Below are positions 47,944 through 57,463 of a DNA stretch of 64,000 nucleotides, piece after piece (position 1 is the first letter of the stretch; each line of letters starts with the position of its first letter). A program made the position numbers and the translations under genes. Below the pieces are notes generated by a model. It worked only from the letters and a program-made list of their open reading frames with translations, searched no databases and was not told the origin of the DNA. The DNA comes from Vicinamibacteria bacterium (GTDB lineage: Bacteria; Acidobacteriota; Vicinamibacteria; Marinacidobacterales; Marinacidobacteraceae). The stretch is taken from assembly GCA_963422395.1 (NCBI GenBank), contig OY729431.1, positions 1,472,001 through 1,536,000 on the forward strand, read 5' to 3'.

Positions 47944-50550
47944 TCAGCGGCGCGGGCGGATGGGGGACGCTCCGGAAAGAGCCGCCCCGATGGGCGAACC
48001 GGGAGGAAGCGCCGGGCGCTTCGCTTCCGGATCGAGGCTCTCTTCCCGGTCGAGGAACCGGTGGATGTCAGCGGTGGCGAGCATCTCGTGGGCGCTCGCG
48101 TCTTCCATCCCCGCGAGTCGGCCGCCGAGCGTGCGGAGCCGATCCTCGATCACTGCCCGCACCCGCGCCGGATTGTCGGGGTTCTGTGCTTCCCGCATCA
48201 TGCCGTTCACCACGCTTCGCTCGGCGGCGTCCTGGACCGCGCGGCGGTAGCCGTCCTCCGGCTCCCCGGCGCCCCAGGTCTTCTCGACGAGTCGGTCGAG
48301 CACCTCGCCGAGCCCCGGTTGGCTGGAGTCCATCGCCTGGTTGTTCACCAGCCGCGCCATCCGTTCGGGATGGAGCAACAGCAACACCGTGTAGTCGGCG
48401 GAAGTGTCCACTGCGGCGAGCGGATCGAAGACGAGGCCGGTGTGTCCGTCGAAGGTCTCGCCGCCGGACACCCGATAGGCAGGCGGCGGGATCAGCTCCA
48501 CGATCCGCTCGGGCAGAGCGAGGAAATCCGTTTCCAGAGTGCGGAGCACGACCTCGAGCGCCTGGCGCTGACGGTTGCCGGGCACCGGCGCCACCGGGCG
48601 CTGACCGTCTCCCCGCACCGCATAGTAGTACTCCTGCCCGCCGATCGTGTTCATCGCCGCCTTCATCTGGAAGCGGTGGTGGAGGTAGAGCGGGACCAGC
48701 ACCGGCTCGAGCAGGGACATCGCTTCGCCGGGTCGAATGGCCTCTTCTCCGAACGCGTCGAGGCCGGCCTGGCGGATTTCGATCTCGCGCTCGAGGTGGC
48801 GGACCAGGTCCCCGCCGTTGTCCCAGACCGACACCAGCGGATGCGCACCGGCGCCGATGTAGTTGTCGGTGTGCGCCATGAAGCGCGCCTCCGAGGTCAG
48901 GCTCTCCTGAAGGATGGCGTCGAGGGCGGCCGCCGTCCTATCCGGCGGGAAGTGGCCGTAGGCCCAGCGAACGGAGAGCACATCGTAGGAACCGATGCCG
49001 ACTCCGTAGGCGTCGTCGAGCGACACGACCCCATCCTCGAGGACCGCGAGCGGAGCCGGGTAATCCATCACACTCGCCCGCCCGCCGTAGGTGGAGGCCA
49101 GATAGTTGTGGGGAAAGCCGAGCGTGTGCCCCACTTCGTGGGCGGAGAGCTGCCGCACCCGGGCCAGCGCGAGCTCGACCGGTGAGGCGCCTTCGCCCAC
49201 CTGGGCCAGGTAGGAGAAGCCCGGCGCCGCCGAGAGCCCGCAGGAGTGCGGGCCGCCGGGGTCCGGCGGGAGACCGGCAGACCGATCGAAGGGCAGAGCA
49301 CTCGGCAGGCCGCCGAGCGCGGCGCCGTACGGCGCGGTGAGGCCCACCCCGTGGAGGTGATCCTGGCGAAGCCGCAGGCTTCCGAGGTTCACATTCCCCT
49401 TGATGATCTCTCCGGTACGCGGATCCTGGACCGACCCGCCGTAGGACCAACCGCGGGTTCGACGGTGCGTCCAATGGATCATGTTGTAGCGGATGTCCTG
49501 CGCATCCGCCCCCTCGGGAAGAACCTCCACTCGAAACGCGTCGATGAACCCGGCGGCCTCGAAGGCGTCGTTCCACCAGCGGGCACCGTCGAGCAGCGCA
49601 CTCCGGACCGGCTCCGGCACCCCGCGGTCCAGGTGATACATGATGGGCTCGACCGGTTCGGAGCGTTCGGCGGACGGGTCCTTCTTCTGGAGGCGGTGGC
49701 GGGCGGCGAGCCGCACGGTCATCCGCTGGTCGATCGGAGTCGCATAGTCCAGGAACTGCGGCCCGTTGGCTCCGATTCGCGGATCCGCGGCCCGAACCTC
49801 GAAGCCCGGCCCCGGTAGCCGGACCAGCGAATGGTGCTGGCGCAGAGTGACCGCTTCGCCGCTCGCCGCTACCCCGCTCACCAATCTCCCCGGAGCGTCG
49901 CTCGTGAAGGTGAGCAGCGTCTCGACTTCGGAATTGTCGGGAAATCCCTTGGTGTGGGGCAGATAGAAGGTGCTCCGCTCCCGGTCCACCGCGAATCTCC
50001 CCTGCCCGGCGCGGGCGATCCGGGCCGCGGCGCCGTGCGTATCCCGGAGGAAGAAGTCGGTCGCGTCCACGAGCACCCGCTCTCCGGACTCGGCCGCCAC
50101 CGCGAATCCCCAGTGGACCGACGGCGCGAAAGCGTCCTCCACCGCCCGTACTTCGTCGGGGTTGTCGCTCTCCGCGCGGAAGCGGTGGTTCGGCTCCATC
50201 AACAGCAACCGCGGCCCGATCCGAGTGGGCCGGAGGAGTGCGGTCATGCTCAACTGGCCGCGGTCGAGCCCCACCGGATTGCTGCCGAGTCCGGAGGCGA
50301 GCGAAACCTGATACAGGAATTCTTTTTCCTGGTCTCCGAACTCCGCGTAGAGCTTGCCGGTGGCGTCATCCCAGTAGAGCGGGACGAAGCCCGAAATCGC
50401 CGTCATCCCGGAGGTCTTCTCCTCGATGGTCGGCAGCGCGTCGGCCCCCCGTGTGTTTTGGGAGGACGTCGGGGCTGCAGTCAGCAGCACGGCCAGCGTC
50501 GAAGCTGCCAAGGCCCGGTGCGCCCGGAGGAGAGCGGAAAACTTCGTCAT
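47944..50550 (-). CDS. zinc-dependent metalloprotease (DUF5117/DUF4953 metzincin-type)
   Basis: HEVGHTLGFPHN, SVMDY Met-turn, DPRTGEII; signal peptide from ATG 50550. Confidence 0.9.
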   Translation of the reverse strand: MTKFSALLRAHRALAASTLAVLLTAAPTSSQNTRGADALPTIEEKTSGMTAISGFVPLYWDDATGKLYAEFGDQEKEFLYQVSLASGLGSNPVGLDRGQLSMTALLRPTRIGPRLLLMEPNHRFRAESDNPDEVRAVEDAFAPSVHWGFAVAAESGERVLVDATDFFLRDTHGAAARIARAGQGRFAVDRERSTFYLPHTKGFPDNSEVETLLTFTSDAPGRLVSGVAASGEAVTLRQHHSLVRLPGPGFEVRAADPRIGANGPQFLDYATPIDQRMTVRLAARHRLQKKDPSAERSEPVEPIMYHLDRGVPEPVRSALLDGARWWNDAFEAAGFIDAFRVEVLPEGADAQDIRYNMIHWTHRRTRGWSYGGSVQDPRTGEIIKGNVNLGSLRLRQDHLHGVGLTAPYGAALGGLPSALPFDRSAGLPPDPGGPHSCGLSAAPGFSYLAQVGEGASPVELALARVRQLSAHEVGHTLGFPHNYLASTYGGRASVMDYPAPLAVLEDGVVSLDDAYGVGIGSYDVLSVRWAYGHFPPDRTAAALDAILQESLTSEARFMAHTDNYIGAGAHPLVSVWDNGGDLVRHLEREIEIRQAGLDAFGEEAIRPGEAMSLLEPVLVPLYLHHRFQMKAAMNTIGGQEYYYAVRGDGQRPVAPVPGNRQRQALEVVLRTLETDFLALPERIVELIPPPAYRVSGGETFDGHTGLVFDPLAAVDTSADYTVLLLLHPERMARLVNNQAMDSSQPGLGEVLDRLVEKTWGAGEPEDGYRRAVQDAAERSVVNGMMREAQNPDNPARVRAVIEDRLRTLGGRLAGMEDASAHEMLATADIHRFLDREESLDPEAKRPALPPGSPIGAALSGASPIRPRR

Positions 50551-50617
50551 CAGAAGAACCAACCTTTGTGAAAGACGGCGAAACAGCCCCGGTCCGGCGC
50601 GTTCCGCATGCGGTACA

Positions 50618-51451
50618 TCATGTCCGAACCGCCAAGTCGGGACAACGGAGGCGGGCCTCGCCAGAGCGGATCCTGACCGAGGTCTTCCCGGCCTCGGCAC
50701 CGGCCCCGAAAAGGGCGGCGACCCCGAGCGTGTGGGTGCCGCTGGCGGTAGTCCAGAAATGCCAACCCCGATCGGTCGGCCCATCACCCGGCCAGCGGGC
50801 GGAGTGTGGGTAGATCGAGGCTGACGGGGAGGGCGGCGGGAGTAGGTCCCCGAGCTCGCGGATCGAGAACCCGATCCGGGAAAGGGCCGCCGGCACCGCC
50901 ACCCCGGCTGCCTTGCCCCAGGCTTCCTTCAGAGTCCAGGCGCGGAGGAAGGCCGCGCGCCGCCGCACTCTCGGCAGGGTGGTGAGCTCGGCTGCTTCGC
51001 TCGGGAGGAAGTGCCGCCGGGCAATCGCTTCGGGGCGGGTGCGCCGATCCAGCCGTTCGACATCCACCCCGACTCGGCGAGCCGAGGAGCTCCCGGCGAC
51101 CACTACGAGGCCTGCGGTGTGGGCGACGCTGACCGCGAGGGATTCGGCCCCCCCTTCGCCTGCACGCCGGCCCGCCGGCCCGCCGGCCCGCGGCGCGCCC
51201 TGCGGACTCGTCCCGGTCGCTACCTCGCGGGGTTCGATCCCGAGGATCCCGCCGGCCAGCAGGCGCAGCAGGGCGCGGCCGATGACTGTTCGCCGCCGGC
51301 CGGACTCGGTCCGGCGGCGAACGGCGCGAGCTCGATCGGAAGGTGCGAGCAGCACCTCCGCAGCTGTGGCGAGCGCGCGGTCATCCGGCGCGACGAGCAG
51401 CTCGACGGCTCCCGCCGGAGGCGAGAGGACTGCGGCAGAAAAGCGGGTCAG
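50618..51451 (-). CDS. 4'-phosphopantetheinyl transferase (Sfp-type)
   Basis: SVAHT, VGVDVE, WTLKEAWGKA; start CTG 51451 (CTGA overlap with hflC stop) or GTG 51355. Confidence 0.85.
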   Translation of the reverse strand: MTRFSAAVLSPPAGAVELLVAPDDRALATAAEVLLAPSDRARAVRRRTESGRRRTVIGRALLRLLAGGILGIEPREVATGTSPQGAPRAGGPAGRRAGEGGAESLAVSVAHTAGLVVVAGSSSARRVGVDVERLDRRTRPEAIARRHFLPSEAAELTTLPRVRRRAAFLRAWTLKEAWGKAAGVAVPAALSRIGFSIRELGDLLPPPSPSASIYPHSARWPGDGPTDRGWHFWTTASGTHTLGVAALFGAGAEAGKTSVRIRSGEARLRCPDLAVRT

Positions 51452-52377
51452 CGGGAACGGTTCAGGAATTCGAGAAATTCACTGTCGTTGCCGATGACGA
51501 GGGTGACCCTTTCGTCGAGAGCGTTGCGGTAGGTCTCGAGCGTCTTCATGAACCGGTAGAAGTCGGCGTCCCGCTGGTAGGCGCCGGCGTAGATGGCCGC
51601 AGCTTCGGCGTCGGCCCGGCCCCGGACCTCCTCGGCCTGTCGGAAGGCTTCCGATTCGATGGTCTTGAGTTCCCGCTCCCGCTGTCCCCGAACCTCGGCG
51701 GCGCGCCCCTGCCCTTCGGACCGGCTCCGTTCTGCAATCCGCTGCCGCTCCGAGATCATCCGTTCGTACACCTTGGCGCGAACTTCCTCCACATAATTGA
51801 CCCGCTTGATCCGCACATCCACGAGTTCGATGCCGAAGCTCGGAGTGACCTCCGAAGCCTTCTCGAGGATGCTGCGGGTGATGCCGTTACGTCCGAACTC
51901 GATTTCGCGGACGGCCTCTTCGTTGGCGAAGGAAACGAGGTCCTCGGTCAACTCGAAATCTCGGTTCGTGATCCGGACGATCTCGATCAGGTCATGGGTT
52001 GCGACCGCGTTCCGGGTCTCTCCATCGATGATGTCGTCGAGACGGCTCTGCGCACCGCGTTCGTCGCGGACCGACTGGAAGAACAACAGCGGGTCCGCAA
52101 TCCGCCAGCGGGCGTAGGTGTCCACCCAGATGAATTTCTTGTCTCGCGTGGTGATCTGGTTCGCGTCCCCGTCCCAGGGCAGCCAGCGCTGATCGAAGCG
52201 GGTGACCCGATGGATGAAGGGAAGCTTGAAGTGGAGGCCGGGTTCGTTCACCGCTCCACCGACCGGTTCTCCGAACTGGGTGATGATCGCCTGCTCGGTC
52301 TCGGCGATCGTGTACGTGGCGGAAAGGAGCAGGATGAGGCCGAGGAGCCCGCTGGCGGGGGCGATGAGCCGTTTCAT
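51448..52377 (-). CDS. hflC: FtsH protease modulator HflC
   Basis: ITQFG, PGLHFK.PF, WRI.DP..F, RMISER.RIA...RSEG, FY.F.KTLE.Y. Confidence 0.95.
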   Translation of the reverse strand: MKRLIAPASGLLGLILLLSATYTIAETEQAIITQFGEPVGGAVNEPGLHFKLPFIHRVTRFDQRWLPWDGDANQITTRDKKFIWVDTYARWRIADPLLFFQSVRDERGAQSRLDDIIDGETRNAVATHDLIEIVRITNRDFELTEDLVSFANEEAVREIEFGRNGITRSILEKASEVTPSFGIELVDVRIKRVNYVEEVRAKVYERMISERQRIAERSRSEGQGRAAEVRGQRERELKTIESEAFRQAEEVRGRADAEAAAIYAGAYQRDADFYRFMKTLETYRNALDERVTLVIGNDSEFLEFLNRSR

Positions 52378-53456
52378 CGCTCTGCCCCTCCCGGGTCGGA
52401 AGGATTCGGGCCGGGAGTCCCTCGCGGCCGCAGCTCGCCGTTCAGGTTGAGAAGGGGGAGCAGGTTGGCGCCGTTTTCGTCGAGGATGACCTTCTGCCCC
52501 AGCTTCGGCATCACTTCGGCCAGAGTCTCGAGATAGAGGCGCGTTCGCGTTACCCGCGGCGCATTGCGGTACTCGGTGTGGATGGATTCGAATCGGGCCG
52601 CCTCCCCGCGGGCTCGGTTCACCCGTTCGGCGGCATAGCCCTCGGATTCCTGGAGGAGCCGCTGCGCGTCGCCGCGAGCGCGCGGGATCGCCTGGTTGTA
52701 TTCGGCGAGCGCCTCGTTGGTGAGGCGTTCCTTCTCCTGGATCGCCTCGTTGACCTCGTTGAACGAGGGCTTCACCATATCCGGCGGATTCACATCCTGC
52801 AGCACGAGCTGCTGGACGCTGATCCCGGTTTCGTAGTGGTCGTTCATTTCCTGGAGCAGCTCTTTCGCACGGGCGGCGATCCGCTCCCGGCCGACGGTGA
52901 GCACCTCGTCCACGCTGTGGTCCCCCACCACATCGCGCATCGCGGCTTCGCTCATGTCACGGAAGGTAGAGCCGATGCCCCGGACATGGAACAGATAAGC
53001 CCTCGGATCCTGAACCTTGAACTGGACGATCCACTCCACCACCGCCACATTCAGATCTCCGGTGAGCATCAGCGACTCCTCCAGGAATTGCCGCTCGTCG
53101 TACCGCGTCCGCACTCCGGCTTCCACTGTCCGGAAGCCGAATTCCTCCTTGAGCTGCCGTTCCACCGGGACCTTCGTCACCGACTCCACCAACGGAAAGA
53201 CGAAGTGCAGGCCCGGATCCGTCACCCGCGCGTAACGGCCGAATCGGGTGACCACCCCGGCCTCATCCGGCTCCAGTTGATAGACCGAAAGGAAGAAGAG
53301 CAGGAGGGCCAATACCGCTCCCGCTCCCCAGAGGACGGTGCGGCGCGACCCGCCACGGAACCGCCCGAGAATCTCTTCGAGGTCAGGCAGACCGGAGCGG
53401 TCTCCGCCGATTCCCGACCAAGGCCCATCACCTCCTGAATTTCCGTAAGTCGCCAG
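52374..53456 (-). CDS. hflK: FtsH protease modulator HflK
   Basis: GVVTRFG, MLTGD.N, LQDVNPP, IPRARG, TR.RLYLET; the in-frame N-terminus PW...PDLEEILGRF lies upstream of the track start, implying a CTG start at 53456. Confidence 0.93.
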   Translation of the reverse strand: MATYGNSGGDGPWSGIGGDRSGLPDLEEILGRFRGGSRRTVLWGAGAVLALLLFFLSVYQLEPDEAGVVTRFGRYARVTDPGLHFVFPLVESVTKVPVERQLKEEFGFRTVEAGVRTRYDERQFLEESLMLTGDLNVAVVEWIVQFKVQDPRAYLFHVRGIGSTFRDMSEAAMRDVVGDHSVDEVLTVGRERIAARAKELLQEMNDHYETGISVQQLVLQDVNPPDMVKPSFNEVNEAIQEKERLTNEALAEYNQAIPRARGDAQRLLQESEGYAAERVNRARGEAARFESIHTEYRNAPRVTRTRLYLETLAEVMPKLGQKVILDENGANLLPLLNLNGELRPRGTPGPNPSDPGGAER

Positions 53457-53464
53457 TGCAATCG

Positions 53465-53508
53465 CCTCCGTTAGATCGGGATGATAGCGTGCCGTCGAGC
53501 GGTACTAT
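53465..53508. promoter_or_regulatory. compact divergent promoter region (hflK / NTF2-like gene)
   Basis: Minus strand: TATCAT 53486-53481 and GGAGG 53469-53465. Plus strand: TACTAT 53503-53508. Confidence 0.45.
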
Positions 53509-53516
53509 CTTCATCG

Positions 53517-54017
53517 GTGACGAATCCCGCTCCCCGTATCGGTCTCTGGATCCTGCTGTCCGCAGCCTGTTCGCCCGGCGCACTCGATCCGGAGTCGAGT
53601 CCGGCGGCACGAGAGGTCCGCGAGAGTGTTGCCGGGGGCGAAGCTGCGGAGATCGGGAGCGCCATCCGAAGCTTGCTCGCGCACCAGACCGCCGCCTGGA
53701 ACGAAGGCGACCTCGCCGCCTTCGTCGCCTTCTATCTGGATTCTCCCCGGATGCGCTTCGTCTCCGGCGGAAGCGTCCGCTACGGGATGGAGGATGTGCT
53801 GGAACGGTACCGGCGGAACTACCCCGGCCCCGCCGCGATGGGACGGCTCCGCTTCACCGATCTCGATGTCCGAGTGCTGTCGGAGGGGTTCGTGTTCGTA
53901 TTCGGCCGCTACCGCCTCGCACGCGAGGGTGACGCACCGACCGGCCTTTTCACCCTGCTCTTCGAACGCACTCCGGACGGCTGGAAGATCGTCCACGACC
54001 ACACCTCCACCGACTGA
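53517..54017 (+). CDS. NTF2-like (DUF4440/YybH) lipoprotein
   Basis: SAAC lipobox, AWNEGDL..F..FY, MG.L.F, GLFTL.F...DGWKIVHDHTS; start GTG 53517 or ATG 53481. Confidence 0.85.
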   Translation: MTNPAPRIGLWILLSAACSPGALDPESSPAAREVRESVAGGEAAEIGSAIRSLLAHQTAAWNEGDLAAFVAFYLDSPRMRFVSGGSVRYGMEDVLERYRRNYPGPAAMGRLRFTDLDVRVLSEGFVFVFGRYRLAREGDAPTGLFTLLFERTPDGWKIVHDHTSTD

Positions 54018-54029
54018 TCCGCGGCACAG

Positions 54030-57000
54030 TCAGCGGCCGGCGGGTCGGCGGCTCAGGTTGCGGAAGTACTCCTCGACCATCTCGCGGTAGCCCTCCGGGA
54101 CGTGCTCGGAGGCACCGGTGAGGACCTCGCTGCCCTCCGTCTCGGCAAGCGTACGGCGGAGTTCGAATTCGAGTTGGCGGAGGGTGTCGAGGACTTCAGC
54201 CTCGAGGATCTCCATGCCTCGGGGATCTCCGGCCAGCCGCTCGGGGTTCAGCCCGCGAAGCGAGGAGGCGACCTGATCGAGGCGTTCGGCAGCCCCTTCG
54301 CGGCCCGCTCCGATTCCGGTCATCGCCTGCCGCAACGCCTCCACATCCTCGATCCGCCGGCCGAGTTCGCGATCGAGCTGGCGGGTTTCGGCCGCATCGG
54401 AACCCGACTCCTCCGCAGCCCCGCCATTTTCAGGCGTCGGGCGGCCGCTCCGATCGGCGAGCCGATTCCGCATCGCCTCGAGTCCGCGAAGGAGTCCGGC
54501 GGCGCGGTCGAGGACCTGTTCCCGACCGCCGCGCTCCGATCCGCGCACCACTTCGAGGGCAGCGGTGAGCTCTTCCTCGAGCGATCTGATGTCGTCCTCG
54601 ATCATCGCTTCGAACTGATCGGCATACTCCGGAGACCTCTGGGCAGCCACACCGCGCGAGTAGTGGATCTTCTCTTTCAGTTTGCGGTTGCGGATGCCGG
54701 CGGCAGCCTGTCCCACCGCCCGCGACGCCTCGGGCTCGTCGCCGCTCCAGTCGCGGCTGACTTCATCGAGCCGCAGCTCGAGATCCTTCACTCTGTTTAC
54801 GAGTTCCTCCTTCTGTCCGGAAACCCGAGACACGGCCTCCGGGCTCCGCTCGGTTTCGAGATCCTTCACCTGGGAGCGGATTCGTTCCTGCGCCTGCCGG
54901 AGACGCCGAGCTTCGCCGGCCGCGTCCGCGACATCCCGATCGAGCCGCTCCCGCCGCTGCCCGTCGAGGTCGCGGCGAGCGCTGCGCAGACTGTTCGCAG
55001 CCGAGAGTCCGCTCGAAAGTCCGCTTTCACCGCCAGCAGCGCGCATCTGGTCGGCAGCGGTGCGAAGCCGGCGGGAGAGCGCCGCGAGGTCCGGGCGGGA
55101 CCGCTCGCGGGCGAGCCGTTCGAGCCGGCGGGCCACATCTTCGGTCTCTTCGGCCAGCCGGCCCTGCGCCGAACCCGATCCGCTCCCCGGGGGGCGAGAG
55201 CTTCGCCGCCGCCGTTCGTTTTCCTGTTCCTGACGCCGCGCGAGTTCGGCGAGCCGCTCGAGAACCTCGTCCACTTCGTCGTCCGCCGACGAACGGCGCT
55301 GCTGCTCGACGGTCTCGTACTGGTTGCGGAGCTTGTCCATCTCCAGCTCGAACAGGTCGGCGAGGTCCTCCGCCTGCGGGCGGGGGCTGCCTCCCCCGCC
55401 GCCGCCTCCCTGCGAAAAGGCGACCTGCACTTCCCGGAAGACCGCGTCGGCGCGCTGCAGGTGGGTCAGTGCCTTCTGCTCGTGGGGGAGCGCCGTCTCC
55501 GGATCACCACCGATGAGCAGCTCTTCGGCCGCTCCCATCTCGACGAGTCCGGCGTCGAGGTGTTCGAGGATCTGCCCGAATTCGGCGCTCGCCTCGATGC
55601 CGCGATTCCGCAGGCGCCGGGTCAGGGTTCCGACCTGCTCGCCGAGCCGCCCCTGCGCGAGACCGATGGTCGCCACCGTCTCCGACAGCACGGCCGCCGG
55701 CAGCTCTTCGCGGTCGCGCAGCACCTTGAAGGTAGCCACCACTACCTGCCGCTGGCGCAGGGTCAGGGTCCCGTCGAGCCCGTCTCCGGCCCCCCCGGCT
55801 CCGCCGGGCAGCGAATCCGCCTGCCGATAGGTTCGGTCGAAGGGGCGGATGGCGACGAAGAAGAGATCCGTCGAGGATTCGGCCCCGGCGCCGTCCGCAG
55901 CGAACGCGTAATAGGAGACGAGGTCGCCGGGCGCGAGTTCCTCCTCCTCGAGGAACAGCGTGTGGCCGGATTGGACCGTCTCGCGGGCGCCGCCCGAGGC
56001 GAGCACGACGCGCTTCTCCTCGCCGCCGTTCACCGACAGCCGGATCTCGAGGCGATCCACTGCGTAATCGTCCTCGGCCTGGACTTCGGTGAACACCTCT
56101 TCCACCGGACTCGCCTGGAGGTCGCGTCCGGGCCTGAGAAAACGGACGAGGGGAGGAAGATCCTCGAGAACCTCGATCGCGTAGTCTCGGGATGCGGTGC
56201 GCAACACTCCGTCCGGACCCGCGAGGGCGATGCGGTAGGAACCGCTCGTATCGATCCCGAGACTCGCGGTCAGACGGGCCGCCGCTCCGGAAGAATCCCT
56301 CTCCGGGGTGAGCGCCGTCTCCCGGGCGCCGGGCTCCCGCCGAAGCGCCCCGGTCACTCCGGAGAGGGTCGGCCACACCGTCAGGTCCACCATGGTTCCG
56401 GCGACCGCCGCGATGTCTCCGCCGTCCTCCACCTCCCGAGGGGAGAGCCCGGTGTGTGCCGGATAGCGATAGCGCAAGCTGATCCGGGACACCTGGGGCA
56501 CATGCTCGACCTCGATCCGAAAAACGGGCGACCGAACGCCCTCGGCGTCCACGAAGTAGTCGGTCGCTTCCGGGATTCCGACGAGCAGACGGCGAAAAGT
56601 TCCGCTCTCGGGATCGAGGACCATCGGAGTGGATTCCCAAGCGGCCGCCGCGCCGCCCCGGGTGCGAAGATCCACTCGTTCGGCGGTGAAGCCTTCGAGC
56701 CGGGCTTCGATCCAGCGGTCGGCGCCCACTGCGACCGCAGCGCCCTCCGGTTCGACGAACACCCGGTAGGGATTCGCGGCCGCGATGTCCGCCCAGGGAG
56801 TGAGCAGCAGGCTCGCGCCCCGGCGAATCCCCTCCGGCGCCAGCAGGGACAGTACGACGGCCGCCCCCGCCATGCCGGCGAGCGCGCCCCCCGCGCGGCG
56901 CAGTCCACTCTTCTCCACGAGCTTCCCCGCCCCGAGGGTCTCGAGGTGCTTCGCCGCATCGACGATCACCAGCCGGGTCAGCTCCGGAGATATTCCGCGG

Positions 57001-57419
57001 ACATCCGCGCCTTCCGCCGCCCCGTCGGGGCCGCCGACCCGTTTCCCGAGTTCTACTCCGCTGACCACCGCCTCGCAGAGCGTGGGGTCGTGCTCCTCGA
57101 TGTACAGCGCGACCTGTTCGTCGCTGACCTTCGAGCGGAGCGGCCGCCAGAGGAAGCGCCACACCGCACCCGCGGCCAGCAACCACACGGCCGCGGACAG
57201 CCCGCGGACGGCCCAAGGTTCGTAGCGCAGCGCATCCAACCCCGCCGAAGAGATCCCCAGAACCGCAGCGGCAGCCGCGACGAGCGCAGCCAGCCCGAGC
57301 AGCAACCGACGAGTGCGCCAGCGGGACCGAACCCGGCGGATGACCCGTACCAGGTCGGCGTACGAAGCATCGCCAAACGGCGGGCCCGGGGGCGGCTCGC
57401 GGAGTCCGAGAGAGGTCAT
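54030..57419 (-). CDS. DUF4175-like membrane-anchored coiled-coil protein
   Basis: N-terminal TM helices, YPAHTGL, DDYAV, L.PGD.VSYY, long Q/E/R coiled coil, VPEGYREMVEEYFRNLS C-terminus. Confidence 0.8.
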   Translation of the reverse strand: MTSLGLREPPPGPPFGDASYADLVRVIRRVRSRWRTRRLLLGLAALVAAAAAVLGISSAGLDALRYEPWAVRGLSAAVWLLAAGAVWRFLWRPLRSKVSDEQVALYIEEHDPTLCEAVVSGVELGKRVGGPDGAAEGADVRGISPELTRLVIVDAAKHLETLGAGKLVEKSGLRRAGGALAGMAGAAVVLSLLAPEGIRRGASLLLTPWADIAAANPYRVFVEPEGAAVAVGADRWIEARLEGFTAERVDLRTRGGAAAAWESTPMVLDPESGTFRRLLVGIPEATDYFVDAEGVRSPVFRIEVEHVPQVSRISLRYRYPAHTGLSPREVEDGGDIAAVAGTMVDLTVWPTLSGVTGALRREPGARETALTPERDSSGAAARLTASLGIDTSGSYRIALAGPDGVLRTASRDYAIEVLEDLPPLVRFLRPGRDLQASPVEEVFTEVQAEDDYAVDRLEIRLSVNGGEEKRVVLASGGARETVQSGHTLFLEEEELAPGDLVSYYAFAADGAGAESSTDLFFVAIRPFDRTYRQADSLPGGAGGAGDGLDGTLTLRQRQVVVATFKVLRDREELPAAVLSETVATIGLAQGRLGEQVGTLTRRLRNRGIEASAEFGQILEHLDAGLVEMGAAEELLIGGDPETALPHEQKALTHLQRADAVFREVQVAFSQGGGGGGGSPRPQAEDLADLFELEMDKLRNQYETVEQQRRSSADDEVDEVLERLAELARRQEQENERRRRSSRPPGSGSGSAQGRLAEETEDVARRLERLARERSRPDLAALSRRLRTAADQMRAAGGESGLSSGLSAANSLRSARRDLDGQRRERLDRDVADAAGEARRLRQAQERIRSQVKDLETERSPEAVSRVSGQKEELVNRVKDLELRLDEVSRDWSGDEPEASRAVGQAAAGIRNRKLKEKIHYSRGVAAQRSPEYADQFEAMIEDDIRSLEEELTAALEVVRGSERGGREQVLDRAAGLLRGLEAMRNRLADRSGRPTPENGGAAEESGSDAAETRQLDRELGRRIEDVEALRQAMTGIGAGREGAAERLDQVASSLRGLNPERLAGDPRGMEILEAEVLDTLRQLEFELRRTLAETEGSEVLTGASEHVPEGYREMVEEYFRNLSRRPAGR

Positions 57420-57463
57420 GAAGTCATCACTATGGGGAGGAGGAATCGGCGCTCCGGGTTCGT

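Noticed and set aside
53222-53461. Frameshift in hflK (AGGAGGTG-ATG ORF in another frame)
   Set aside because: The hflK frame is open and HflK-like through this region; a CTG start explains it without a frameshift
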